From assembly GCF_964355755.1 (NCBI RefSeq), contig NC_092677.1, positions 27,267,175 through 27,331,174 of the forward strand: a stretch of 64,000 nucleotides of DNA. The letters run 5' to 3'. The notes beneath the pieces were generated by a model, which was not told the origin of the DNA, made no database searches, and saw only the letters and a list, made by a program, of their open reading frames with translations. Both the position numbers and the translations under genes were made by a program. Position 1 is the stretch's first letter. The number at the start of each line of letters is the position of its first letter. The stretch is from Antedon mediterranea. Taxonomy: Eukaryota; Animalia; Echinodermata. Positions 39,501-54,500 of the stretch are shown here, piece by piece.

Positions 39501-42500
39501 TGCTTCTTCTTTCAATACTAAATTGTTGTGTTTAATAAACCGCTAACAGAAAATTAATTATTTTTTAAATTCATTTTAATTATAATTATTAATAACGATG
39601 ACATACATATAGTAAGCAAAGTATTGCTGAGATTTAGTACTATGTCAAATGTATTGTATTAATAAGCATAAACTATTTTGGATTTTTGAAGGATTTTACT
39701 ATATATTTCTCTAGATATAATAGTGTGTTTTATGTTTATCACATTTAGAAGTGACTATTTTTTATTATTGGAAACTGTTCATGTACAGGTTTTTTTTGTT
39801 GGTGCTAGAATCTAAATGAATTATACAACAGATATTTGCTATCAGACAGAAATTAAGAAGCATTAATTTGTTCCCTTCTTTGATGAAATACTTCAGTCAT
39901 TTTATCTGATTTAAATCCTATCGTCATCATCATCCTTATCATCGTCATCATCATCCTTATCACCTCTTTCCATCATCATCATCCTTATCACCTCTTTCCT
40001 CCTTGTAAAACCTCCGCCATCTGCTATTCTGATTACCCATCCTTATATCGGTTACTTATCTCATAGTTGTACCTCCCCAATTAATTCCTGGCAATTCCCA
40101 TTCCGGGGTCTGTCCCAGGATCTATTTATATCCTCCTTGGTAAATTGTCTCAAGGTTCCCCTGTAATTACTTGTTACAAACCCCTTGATAGACTCATCCT
40201 CCTACATCCACATTAGCTGGACTATTTTATTACATCTGGTGAAATTGTCATAATTTGGAAACTAAATTGAATTATCTGGTTTCTATCTTATTTTCTGTTT
40301 AAAAAGTTATCATGTGCATTTGGGAAGTTAGCTTGTAATTGTTTAATTTGCGCCACCTTTCTAGAAATGTAATCTTGTGAGGTAACAACAGGTGTTGTAG
40401 ATACCATCTTAAAATTTTGTGAGATGATGAAATAGTTGCATGTATTTAAAACAAAAAGCTTTTGAAAAACACTGCATTTTTCAAATTAATTTGGGAATTT
40501 AATATCTAGAGACAAAAAATTTACCAAAATTAAAGGTAAGAATAGTGGTGAACTCTGAACCTTCTTTATTCAAACTTGCTTGCTTAAACAAAGTTCACAA
40601 AATTTAAGTACAGACTTTGAGTAAAGGTAGAAAGTATCTTGTTTCTTTTTTTCTTTTTTTACTAAAATATATTCCTTTTGTAATGACGTTTCATAATATT
40701 CATAACTTAACATATTCATTCTTAAAATGTTAATTTCTTAATACATTCTTCTTTTTCTTTGAAACATGTTTGAAGGCTCCACTTAAAGTTAAAGGTCTGT
40801 TTAGTCACCTTTGCCAAGTGTTGGACTTTGTGATAGGAAACAATAGATTTGCTTTAATTTTGTAAGCCTTAGTAGCTAAGTTTTCTTACTTTTGCTTAAG
40901 TTTCCTTTACTCTATACTTAACTGTTGATGTGACCGTTGACAAAGCCCATGTGGTTTCTACCTTTATTTCAAGTTTAATCCTCTGGTGTCAGACTAAAGT
41001 GTTTGTTTTTGTTATCTTAAGTAGGCTTTAGGAAACCATAGATTAGTTGGCGTTTTATTTTGTTCATGTGTTATTTTTAAACTAGTTTACATTTTTTAAG
41101 TTACATTATTCAAATCTAAAGTATAATGATCACAGTGACGATTGTATAATTATGAAAATGTATTGCATGCTTGCCGTAGGTCTAATGTTGTAATTTCAAA
41201 GTTTTGGAATCTTACCTTTGATGTTGCCAGTACAGTAGTTATCCAGACAAGGAGGACAAATAAAATAGATAATGGTGACATCTTTCCTTCAGAATGTCAC
41301 AAATTGTTCCAATAAATAAAGTCACAAATTCTTCCAATAAATATATTTAAACAGCATCTAGTTGGCAGCTTCTAATTGTCTTATAGTTTTTCTTCCTTTG
41401 TTGTTTTAATCCAGTTGTGTTCTTTACTGTTTTAACAACGTTGCTTTGTTAAGTAAATAAACTCTTTTTTTTTTATGTTCTTTAATATACTATCACTTTA
41501 TGTATCAAATTCTTGATCGCTCTATCATCAATGTAGTCCAAAAATGAATAAATTTAAACTTCTTTTGTTGCTTAAGTATCTCGTTTACTTATTCCTCTTT
41601 GCTCATCTGTCTTTTTATAAAACTAATAACAATATACATATATTCTGTATCTCTTTTCCTTATATGGTACACGAGTTTACAATTAATACCGTCCTTAGCA
41701 ACTTTCAATCGTCTTTTGGAAATCGTGAAACTTTTCTAGCAACTCTGTGTGAGGAAATTGAATATAAACCAATCGGGAGGAAATGGGCTGTTCTATTTTA
41801 TTACAGGGATTTCACTAAATCTACCACTATTACAGATTCAATTGTTTTAATATTTAATGTTACACATACGTTTTGAATATTATTTACATATATATGAAGG
41901 ATTATATGTTGAAAATATTATAACTTGAATAATAATAGATTTAAAAAAAAAAATCTTTTTATTGTTGGTCCTTTTAGTGTGAAAGTTATTTTATACACAA
42001 GTGAAAATTAAATTATGGGAAATATTTCAAAACATAATTTTACAGAAATCTAATTATTTTTCTATAAATAAATTCATGTTAAAACCCAATTTTATATCTT
42101 TCATTTTCTGTATTATTTTCTTAAATATTTCAAAGAATACCTTTTTTACATGTTGAAATGTGAGCTCCTGGTTAGCACGTGCATTGTAAACTTGTACTAT
42201 GTTATTGCAGCCATCTCAGTCAACAATGACAAGTATTAATGTGAGCTCCTGGTTAGTACGTGCATTGTAAACTTGTACTATGTTATTGCAGCCATCTCAG
42301 TCAACAATGACAAGTATTAATGTCATTATTGAGTGTATTAACCTTATAATATGTATCATTAATCAATCAATCAATCAATCAATTTATTTCTCAAATAAAA
42401 ACAAAATACAGTTACATTTTCTAGAAATAATAAATAATAAATGAGAAAAAGGGTACCCCACTGGAAGCTTAAGCTTTAAAATGTGGGGTCCAGGCCCACC

Positions 42501-45500
42501 CCCAAACCCCAAACGGTTGTACCATAAATTAAATGTGGCAAAAAAAGTGATTTATAAATTAATAGTAATACGGAAGAAGGCAAGGCATGTTTAAGTTTAT
42601 TGAGGACACCGACCACTCTTGATAGTTTTAATGAAATTGTATTAATATGAGAACTAATATTAATATATCCATTAAACTTAAAACTTTATACGTTCTTATA
42701 ATGAATAGTAAGAAGTTCTATTCAGGTTCAGCTTCAATACTAATAAACATATAAAACTAATTTAGAAATCAACATATTTGTTGATGAAGAATTACAAGAA
42801 GAAAATCATACACCAACCAATAAATCTGTATAATTATACGTAGTAGCTATTATGTATATTAGATCAGAGTTAATGTACACCTGTTTCCTAATACGGTAAA
42901 CCAGGTTTTCTTCTGCCTGAGTGCGACACGTTCTCATTAAGTCGTTATCTGATGCATATCAATTAAGCATCTTGATTATTATTGATATTACCTGAAATAG
43001 ATATGATATAAAAGTCAAGGCGTCCACTTGTTGTTTTTCACTTTTTTTGTTTAATTAAAACATCCTTACTTATGTATGGTATCTGTCTAAAAGTGGTGTA
43101 GACATTAAGTAGGTGTGGCTTAAAGTAAACCACACCTACTTTATGATGTCATCCGTATGATTGAAATTGTATCTTTTTAGTAGTAAAAATTCTAAAATAG
43201 ATGTGTGTAAATAAGATAGTAAATAGATAATCAAAAAAGGTCTGCAACTTTGTATATCTTAGATTCATGGGAAACCTATTGTCAACATCTGCCTACCTTC
43301 CCTAATATCTTCCTACTTACCCAATGTCTTCTCCCTAATTTCAACCCACTCAATCCTTTCCCTTTCTCCTCTCTCTTTATAATATTCTCCTTCAACCTCC
43401 ACACTGTCTAGTCTTCTCACTAAATTGGCATCATCTCAATGTTCTCTTCATCTCAATATCCACCTCCATAATGTCAACCCAGCCCCAATGTCCTCCATCC
43501 CCAATGTCCTCTCTCTTTCCAATGCTCTTCTCCCTAAATGTCTCCTTCCTTAGTGGCAATCCTCCCCAATGTTCTCTGTCCCAATGTCCACCTCCATAAT
43601 TTCGAACCACCCCGCTGTCAACTAGAGTAAATAGTTTTAAAAGTGTGATGTGCATGTTTTGAAATTGGTTTACCAAATTAAAAACTCAGCACGCTTTTGA
43701 TTGATTGACATCTCGTTTTGATGGTTTTCATCCAATCACCTGTCAGAAACCAGAAATATCCGACATGATCTAGGTGTGAAACCTACTTCTAGTTTCTGCT
43801 TACACAAGATAAACTATTACTTAATTGGTTAAGAATTCCCCGGAGACTTAATAATCAGATTAGATTAGAGTTGTAGATCTTGCATCTGGTTTGGAGATGT
43901 TGGGTATATCATTGTTATTTTTTTCTACTTCAAATTTCTGAGGTGCTCATAAGCTAAATTATTGCTACAGTTCTTTGTTTTTCTCATTTTAAATGTTTAT
44001 TGTTTTTTTAAATGAAAATAGTCAACTTTTTCAGAACTGGATTTCTCTGAATGTATTTAGGAAAAGATTTTGGAGAGTTACCAATTTCCTTTTCAGGAGA
44101 GTCTTTTCTTCAGTAAAGTCTTTTCTTCAGAAAAGTTTTTTCTTCAGTAAAGTCTGTTCTTCAGAAAACTTTTTTAGTTTTTTCTTCAGAAAACTTTTTT
44201 CATCAGAAAACTTTTTCTTCAGAGAATTTTCAAAGGAGCAAGCATATGTCCCAAGTGATTAGGAAAGTGTGGTTGAAGTGCTGCCAATCTTGTGATGTCA
44301 AATCATGTGTAAAGGATTAATTCTTATTAACATTCGAACTACTTAACCGATTCAACATGAACAATTTGTCAAAAACTGTAGAAGATAACAAGGTTATGAC
44401 ATTTCCAAAAATAATCTTAACATTTTTTATTTTGTAAGTAGTTTATATCAGCTGCTGTTTTTACGGATTTTATCAAAAACTTTTCCGACTTTCGTTAAGT
44501 CCTTGATTGACACCGAAGTGTTTAAGGTGATGTCATGAATAAGGTTGCAGAACATTTTATTTTCATTTGCATCCACTTGTCAATTATAGGATGGAGAAGC
44601 CCAGTCTCATTTGAGTGGAGTGTAGTTGTTTTACAGTTGTATCTTGCCATCAGGATTGAACTCCGACTTTGGGATTGGAAAGCAAGCATGTTAGCCCCAC
44701 AACTTATTGTTTAAAATCTGTTTGAATATTTAAATTCAAAATTGAAACTGAAATATATTACCTAGGTGTACTGTACAAAGCTGACAAAACTTTCTAATTT
44801 CAGAAGCACTTTAAATATTCTTAAATGTAAAGAAATTGAAACAAGATTGTAATTAATGATCCATCTTTAAAATCAGCTTTCATTTTACCTTTTAAACAAA
44901 AGAAATTATTAATATTTTTGAATCATGAAGTTTTTAATACTGGTATTATAGTTTTAAATTATCTCACCATAATGCAGAATTAAATATTCCATTTACCGTA
45001 GACATGTAGAAAACCTCCATGATAAAACTAAGAATGAAGTCTTAAATCTTTTACCAATGATGTCAGAGTTAATTAATTTGTAGAGTCACTGCCCATTCCA
45101 AGACCTTGTCACAGTGTCTTCTATGGGAAGTCAGTCCCTTTTTTTTTCTAATTTATCGGCTTAATTGTACATGTGGTTGTCATGTGCGAGTAATCAGCGG
45201 CAAAACTAAATAAAGCAATTTCTAGTTTCCATTTCACGTAGGATGTAATTTTGAGCGAAAAAAAATAAAATCATTTGGCGCTTGATGTTATCTTCCATTT
45301 ACATATTAATATATTTGACAGGAAATGTTGCCCTCTTTGAAAAGTTGACCAAATCTGGGTTATTCAGTTTTGTAAACTTTTGTGGGCTTGATTTTTGTTA
45401 TAAAAATTTTCTTTTTCCTTACGTGTAATAATGTTTTAAAGAATAATTATAATAATGCAGATTACAGTATGTGACTACTACATTACAGTATGTGACTACT

Positions 45501-48500
45501 ACATTACAGTATGTGACTACTACATTACAGTATGTGACTACTACATTACAGTATGTGACTAGTACATTACAGTATGTGACTACTACATTTGTGAGGATAA
45601 ATTAAAAATCCTTGAAGCTTAAAAAAAAGCCTAACCAAGGTCTCATAATTGTCAATATAGATCTAGGATACGTATTAAATGGTTTAATACACTTTTAATC
45701 ATTTTGAAATTATTATTATGTTTGAATAATATGATGGCCATGAAGATTATAAGCTGTATATTGTTTGGTTAAAATAATAATTAACTATTTAGCTGTTGGC
45801 GTTGATGAGCATTGGTATAATGATAGCTATGCTGTTTGGCCATGAGGGTACAAGTCAGTGAGCTTAGTCTTATTGGATTATTTCATTTACACTCTTAAGA
45901 ATATGACTAGACATTTCCAAAGTTAGGAGTCAAATGGGCACCCATCGTCCCCAGGTCTGTCATCATCGGCGCTATGCACCTCATTTATCCTTGTGATCAA
46001 ATGCTCGAATCAAACAAACAATAAAAATGACTTGACAATTATATTTTTAACAATGAAGATAATTGAGTTGAGAGTACAGGGTGTAGAAAGATGGACTAGC
46101 AAGGTTGGTAACTTTTTGCTTTAAATGTCTGTTTTTACTAGGACTGATTTATCATCATTCCGTAGTATGAACAGGTCTTAAATAATGTAAGGCTGTATTC
46201 ACACTATTTTACTGTGCATTAAAGCAGCTGCTGTATTGTGACATTTGTTCACATGAATTCAAATCAACATTTACATCTTTGCATCTGTTCATGTTCCTTG
46301 TACAACATTTCGTAGTGTGAACAGGCCTTGAATAATGTAAGGCTGTATTCACACTACTTTAGTGCATCCAAACAGCTGCTGTATTGTAACATTTGTTTAC
46401 ATGAATTCAAATCAACATTCACATCTTTGCATCTGTTTATGTACCTTGTACAACATTCTTCACAATCAAATTAATTTGTTTTTTCCATCGTTTTTATTAA
46501 TGATTGATAACCATGTTGATTTGAGTACCTATAAGTCATAATTTTCTAAGACGTTTCTCTCGGTCTCTCTGGGGACTTAATGTTAGATAACAACCAAGGT
46601 AAAACTTGTTCATTCATCTTGTAGGAAACAGGTTTAAGAATTGGCGTACTAAGATGTCAAGTTGTGACTGTCGGTGGTTTTATTTCTATTTTCATTTTAG
46701 AACACGATACTTTAATTATTAGCGCCAGGTGGTTGTACGGTGGAAGTGAAAATGTATTAATCATTTTCCTACTATTTTTAAAATCTTTATGTATTATTTC
46801 CTTTTTGGGGTTCAATACTTCTTTAATCTCTATATTTTCTACTAACTTTATTGAGCGGAAAGAAGCTATCATATTTACTTTTTGGTTGGAGTGTAACTAA
46901 CTATATTAAAAGAACTTGCACTGAGGAAGGGTAGAAAGCTCTGCAATTTCTTACCGACTGTTTTACTTTATCGTTTTGATTTAGTTTTTTTCGCTTTTTA
47001 TTTGTACCTCCAGCCACTAATACTTACAGCATTTTCATTTTTTCAGTAATTTTCTTTTGGATTTATATTAAAATAACTATAGGTGTGTACTTTAATAATA
47101 TAGGTTTACAGTAGTTGTATTTGAATTGGTGCAGTTGGGTGAGAATCATTACGATACAGGCTCATTAATCTTATTCAAATCACTACTTCCTTGATTATTA
47201 TTATTTCAAGGAGGGGCTAACATCTGTAAGGACATTGAGTCTAGTAGGGGTTGTGAATCATGTTTGCCCTCCTGAGAGGAATCAGATGAAAAGGGGGACG
47301 TGTGAAGGGGTGTCATGATGGGATTCTTGGTATATTAATTGGGTGTGCAGTATGTGTGGATGTTAGCATTAGTCATTCTTAAGTGTATGAACATTTCAGA
47401 AATATGTATTTCATTCATTTATTTATTAAGCCATAAAAATATACAAGATAAGTAAATGAATTTCGTCGTCCGCTATGGATGCCAAAAATAAACTCAATTA
47501 CTATAGCCCATGGGCCTGGATGTATAGGAACAAGGTCTCGTGGGGTAGGACAGGGCCTCGTGGGAATAGGAACAGGGTCTTATGGACATGGGGACAAGGT
47601 CTCGTGGACATAGGAACAATGGGGGTATAAACATGTTTTTTGTTTATCAAATCATTTTTAGCAGAGAAGAATTCCTGATTTTAGCTTGTATTTTTACAGT
47701 TTGTTGATATCCATTTGAGTCATTTTATGATCAGGGGTCACTAAGTCTCATGGGAGGGGATGTAAAGTCTGGGGAGGGGGACTGGGGGTTCAAGGAGAGA
47801 TAGTGTAAGATTAAGTTAGGTAGGTCAACATTTTGTGAGGGGTGGAACATATCTAAAGATTGAGTCATATTTTAAATGTATACAGATTAGGGTGATAAAA
47901 ATTAATTCTGTTGTGGCTGTCCACTAAGCTTTTTATAACTACATCCATGCCATTTATGATGAATGAGATAATGATAAATACTTGATAATTACATTCATAC
48001 AGGGGAGATGGTAAACCTACTCACAAATGGTGGTTAGCAGAGCCCCTCTAAGCTTCTTGTAGCATCTATGTCATTTGATAATACATAATCATACATAGGA
48101 GACTGTTAAGCTACACAAATGGTGTTATGGGTGGTTAGCAGAGCCCCTCTAAGCTTCTTGTAGCATCTATGTCATTTGATAATACATAATCATACATAGG
48201 AGACTGTTAACCTACACAAATGGTGTTATGGGTGGTTAGCAGAGCCCCTCTAAGCTTCTTGTAGCATCTATGTCATTTGATAATACATAATCATACATAG
48301 GAGACTGTTAACCTACACAAATGGTGTTATGGGTGGTTAGCAGAGCCCCTCTAAGCTTCTTGTAGCATCTATGTCATTTGATAATACATAATCATACATA
48401 GGAGACTGTTAACCTACACAAATGGTGTTATGGGTGGTTAGCAGAGCTCCTCTAAGCTTCTTGTAGAATCTATGTCATTTGATAATACCTAATCATACAT

Positions 48501-51500
48501 AGGAGACTGTTAAGCTACACAAATGGTGTTATGGGTGGTTAGCAGAGCTCCTCTAAGCTTCTTGTAGCATCTATGTCATTTGATAATACCTAATCATACA
48601 TAGGAGACTGTTAAGCTACACAAATGGTGTTATGGGTGGTTAGCAGAGCCCCTCTAAGCTTCTTGTAGCATCTATGTCATTTGATAATACCTAATCATAC
48701 ATAGGAGACTGTTAACCTACACAAATGGTGTTATGGGTGGTTAGCAGAGCCCCTCTAAGCTTCTTGTAGCATCTATGTCATTTGATAATACCTAATCATA
48801 CATAGGAGACTGTTAAGCTACACAAATGGTGTTATGGGTGGTTAGCAGAGCCCCTCTAAGCTTCTTGTAGCATCTATGTCATTTGATAATACCTAATCAT
48901 ACATAGGAGACTGTTAAGCTACACAAATGGTGTTATGGGTGGTTAGCAGAGCCCCTCTAAGCTTCTTGTAGCATCTATGTCATTTGATAATACATAATCA
49001 TACATAGGAGACTGTTAACCTACACAAATGGTGTTATGGGTGGTTAGCAGAGGCCCTCTAAGCTTCTTGTAGCATCTATGTCATTTGATAATACATAATC
49101 ATACATAGGAGACTGTTAACCTACACAAATGGTGTTATGGGTGGTTAGCAGAGCCCCTCTAAGCTTCTTGTAGCATCTATGTCATTTGATAATACATAAT
49201 CATACATAGGAGACTGTTAACCTACACAAATGGTGTTATGGGTGGTTAGCAGAGCCCCTCTAAGCTTCTTGTAGCATCTATATCATTTGATAATACATAA
49301 TCATACATAGGAGACTGTTAACCTACACAAATGGTGTTATGGGTGGTTAGCAGAGGCCCTCTAAGCTTCTTGTAGCATCTATGTCATTTGATAATACATA
49401 ATCATACATAGGAGACTGTTAACCTACACAAATGGTGTTATGGGTGGTTAGCAGAGGCCCTCTAAGCTTCTTGTAGCATCTATGTCATTTGATAATACAT
49501 AATCATACATAGGAGACTGTTAAGCTACACAAATGGTGTTATGGGTGGTTAGCAGAGGCCCTCTAAGCTTCTTGTAGCATCTATGTCATTTGATAATACA
49601 TAATCATACATAGGAGACTGTTAAGCTACACAAATGGTGTTATGGGTGGTTAGCAGAGGTTCTCTAAGCTTCTTGTAGCATCTATGTCATTTGATAATAC
49701 CTAATCATACATAGGAGACTGTTAAGCTACACAAATGGTGTTATGGGTGGTTAGCAGAGCTCCTCTAAGCTTCTTGTAGCATCTATGTCATTTGATAATA
49801 CCTAATCATACATAGGAGACTGTTAAGCTACACAAATGGTGTTATGGGTGGTTAGCAGAGCTCCTCTAAGCTTCTTGTAGCATCTATGTCATTTGATAAT
49901 ACCTAATCATACATAGGAGACTGTTAAGCTACACAAATGGTGTTATGGGTGGTTAGCAGAGCCCCTCTAAGCTTCTTGTAGCATCTATGTCATTTGATAA
50001 TACCTAATCATACATAGGAGACTGTTAACCTACACAAATGGTGTTATGGGTGGTTAGCAGAGCCCCTCTAAGCTTCTTGTAGCATCTATGTCATTTGATA
50101 ATACCTAATCATACATAGGAGACTGTTAAGCTACACAAATGGTGTTATGGGTGGTTAGCAGAGCCCCTCTAAGCTTCTTGTAGCATCTATGTCATTTGAT
50201 AATACCTAATCATACATAGGAGACTGTTAAGCTACACAAATGGTGTTATGGGTGGTTAGCAGAGCCCCTCTAAGCTTCTTGTAGCATCTATGTCATTTGA
50301 TAATACATAATCATACATAGGAGACTGTTAACCTACACAAATGGTGTTATGGGTGGTTAGCAGAGGCCCTCTAAGCTTCTTGTAGCATCTATGTCATTTG
50401 ATAATACATAATCATACATAGGAGACTGTTAACCTACACAAATGGTGTTATGGGTGGTTAGCAGAGGCCCTCTAAGCTTCTTGTAGCATCTATGTCATTT
50501 GATAATACATAATCATACATAGGAGACTGTTAAGCTACACAAATGGTGTTATGGGTGGTTAGCAGAGGCCCTCTAAGCTTCTTGTAGCATCTATGTCATT
50601 TGATAATACATAATCATACATAGGAGACTGTTAAGCTACACAAATGGTGTTATGGGTGGTTAGCAGAGGTTCTCTAAGCTTCTTGTAGCATCTATGTCAT
50701 TTGATAATACCTAATCATACATAGGAGACTGTTAAGCTACACAAATGGTGTTATGGGTGGTTAGCAGAGCTCCTCTAAGCTTCTTGTAGCATCTATGTCA
50801 TTTGATAATACCTAATCATACATAGGAGACTGTTAAGCTACACAAATGGTGTTATGGGTGGTTAGCAGAGCCCCTCTAAGCTTCTTGTAGCATCTATGTC
50901 ATTTGATAATACCTAATCATACATAGGAGACTGTTAACCTACACAAATGGTGTTATGGGTGGTTAGCAGAGCCCCTCTAAGCTTCTTGTAGCATCTATGT
51001 CATTTGATAATACCTAATCATACATAGGAGACTGTTAAGCTACACAAATGGTGTTATGGGTGGTTAGCAGAGCCCCTCTAAGCTTCTTGTAGCATCTATG
51101 TCATTTGATAATACCTAATCATACATAGGAGACTGTTAAGCTACACAAATGGTGTTATGGGTGGTTAGCAGAGCCCCTCTAAGCTTCTTGTAGCATCTAT
51201 GTCATTTGATAATACATAATCATACATAGGAGACTGTTAACCTACACAAATGGTGTTATGGGTGGTTAGCAGAGGCCCTCTAAGCTTCTTGTAGCATCTA
51301 TGTCATTTGATAATACATAATCATACATAGGAGACTGTTAACCTACACAAATGGTGTTATGGGTGGTTAGCAGAGCCCCTCTAAGCTTCTTGTAGCATCT
51401 ATGTCATTTGATAATACATAATCATACATAGGAGACTGTTAACCTACACAAATGGTGTTATGGGTGGTTAGCAGAGCCCCTCTAAGCTTCTTGTAGCATC

Positions 51501-54500
51501 TATATCATTTGATAATACATAATCATACATAGGAGACTGTTAACCTACACAAATGGTGTTATGGGTGGTTAGCAGAGGCCCTCTAAGCTTCTTGTAGCAT
51601 CTATGTCATTTGATAATACATAATCATACATAGGAGACTGTTAACCTACACAAATGGTGTTATGGGTGGTTAGCAGAGGCCCTCTAAGCTTCTTGTAGCA
51701 TCTATGTCATTTGATAATACATAATCATACATAGGAGACTGTTAAGCTACACAAATGGTGTTATGGGTGGTTAGCAGAGGCCCTCTAAGCTTCTTGTAGC
51801 ATCTATGTCATTTGATAATACATAATCATACATAGGAGACTGTTAAGCTACACAAATGGTGTTATGGGTGGTTAGCAGAGGTTCTCTAAGCTTCTTGTAG
51901 CATCTATGTCATTTGATAATACCTAATCATACATAGGAGACTGTTAAGCTACACAAATGGTGTTATGGGTGGTTAGCAGAGCTCCTCTAAGCTTCTTGTA
52001 GCATCTATGTCATTTGATAATACCTAATCATACATAGGAGACTGTTAAGCTACACAAATGGTGTTATGGGTGGTTAGCAGAGCTCCTCTAAGCTTCTTGT
52101 AGCATCTATGTCATTTGATAATACCTAATCATACATAGGAGACTGTTAAGCTACACAAATGGTGTTATGGGTGGTTAGCAGAGCCCCTCTAAGCTTCTTG
52201 TAGCATCTATGTCATTTGATAATACCTAATCATACATAGGAGACTGTTAACCTACACAAATGGTGTTATGGGTGGTTAGCAGAGCCCCTCTAAGCTTCTT
52301 GTAGCATCTATGTCATTTGATAATACCTAATCATACATAGGAGACTGTTAAGCTACACAAATGGTGTTATGGGTGGTTAGCAGAGCCCCTCTAAGCTTCT
52401 TGTAGCATCTATGTCATTTGATAATACCTAATCATACATAGGAGACTGTTAAGCTACACAAATGGTGTTATGGGTGGTTAGCAGAGCCCCTCTAAGCTTC
52501 TTGTAGCATCTATGTCATTTGATAATACATAATCATACATAGGAGACTGTTAACCTACACAAATGGTGTTATGGGTGGTTAGCAGAGGCCCTCTAAGCTT
52601 CTTGTAGCATCTATGTCATTTGATAATACATAATCATACATAGGAGACTGTTAACCTACACAAATGGTGTTATGGGTGGTTAGCAGAGGCCCTCTAAGCT
52701 TCTTGTAGCATCTATGTCATTTGATAATACATAATCATACATAGGAGACTGTTAAGCTACACAAATGGTGTTATGGGTGGTTAGCAGAGGCCCTCTAAGC
52801 TTCTTGTAGCATCTATGTCATTTGATAATACATAATCATACATAGGAGACTGTTAAGCTACACAAATGGTGTTATGGGTGGTTAGCAGAGGTTCTCTAAG
52901 CTTCTTGTAGCATCTATGTCATTTGATAATACCTAATCATACATAGGAGACTGTTAAGCTACACAAATGGTGTTATGGGTGGTTAGCAGAGCTCCTCTAA
53001 GCTTCTTGTAGAATCTATGTCATTTGATAATACCTAATCATACATAGGAGACTGTTAAGCTACACAAATGGTGTTATGGGTGGTTAGCAGAGCTCCTCTA
53101 AGCTTCTTGTAGCATCTATGTCATTTGATAATACCTAATCATACATAGGAGACTGTTAAGCTACACAAATGGTGTTATGGGTGGTTAGCAGAGCCCCTCT
53201 AAGCTTCTTGTAGCATCTATGTCATTTGATAATACCTAATCATACATAGGAGACTGTTAACCTACACAAATGGTGTTATGGGTGGTTAGCAGAGCCCCTC
53301 TAAGCTTCTTGTAGCATCTATGTCATTTGATAATACCTAATCATACATAGGAGACTGTTAAGCTACACAAATGGTGTTATGGGTGGTTAGCAGAGCCCCT
53401 CTAAGCTTCTTGTAGCATCTATGTCATTTGATAATACCTAATCATACATAGGAGACTGTTAAGCTACACAAATGGTGTTATGGGTGGTTAGCAGAGCCCC
53501 TCTAAGCTTCTTGTAGCATCTATGTCATTTGATAATACATAATCATACATAGGAGACTGTTAACCTACACAAATGGTGTTATGGGTGGTTAGCAGAGGCC
53601 CTCTAAGCTTCTTGTAGCATCTATGTCGTTTGATAATACATAATCATACATAGGAGACTGTTAACCTACACAAATGGTGTTATGGGTGGTTAGCAGAGCC
53701 CCTCTAAGCTTCTTGTAGCATCTATGTCATTTGATAATACATAATCATACATAGGAGACTGTTAACCTACACAAATGGTGTTATGGGTGGTTAGCAGAGC
53801 CCCTCTAAGCTTCTTGTAGCATCTATGTCATTTGATAATACATAATCATACATAGGAGACTGTTAACCTACACAAATGGTGTTATGGGTGGTTAGCAGAG
53901 GTGATTCATCATATTGTATGTATACATTGCAGGATGTGTGCATCGATTGGTAGATAATCACTTTCCTGCCAATTTTTATTTCTTTTAAATAATAATAATA
54001 TGTCATTTTTATTAATAATTTAAAGCACTTTGCTGCATTATTGTGCTATTACTATAGCACCTGTTGAAGGCTTCACTGTGTTGATGTATTCAGTTTATTT
54101 ACACGTATTTGCCTATTTGCATTGCAATCTACAAAATAGAATTCTATTGAAGGTTTATTAAAACTTAACTATACACTGAGTGACACCAATGTTAATACTT
54201 CATTCTGCCACTTTTATGTGGAATTTATTCATATACGTCGTGAGGCGGTTTCCCGATTAATCGTACGATCAAAACGGTACTGGGTATGATCAACTAGCGT
54301 TCGTGTTCCCACCTAATCATCCATTCATAGAAGTACTGATGAAGATATCAATCTGTGGCGACAATAGAATGGACCCGAGACCTGGCTATCTTCAACTTTT
54401 AAATAATAGAAAGTTTAGAATGGCCCTGAATATGTACATAAAAGTTAATACATTATTGGTGCATTGATAAATAGGGATGTGTTCTTTCAAAAGCAAAATG

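Noticed and set aside
43290-44262. ORFs 43431-43676 and 43993-44262
   Set aside because: They arise from low-complexity pyrimidine-rich and ttttcttcagaaaa degenerate repeats.
46560-46970. Penelope-like terminus with degenerate hammerhead (ctgaggaag...)
   Set aside because: The GAAA half of the core and the stems are not convincingly present; too degraded to support.
48014-53901. CRISPR-like array or ribozyme-bearing satellite
   Set aside because: No unique spacers, eukaryotic context, and no CTGAnGA/GAAA hammerhead core seen in the unit on either strand.
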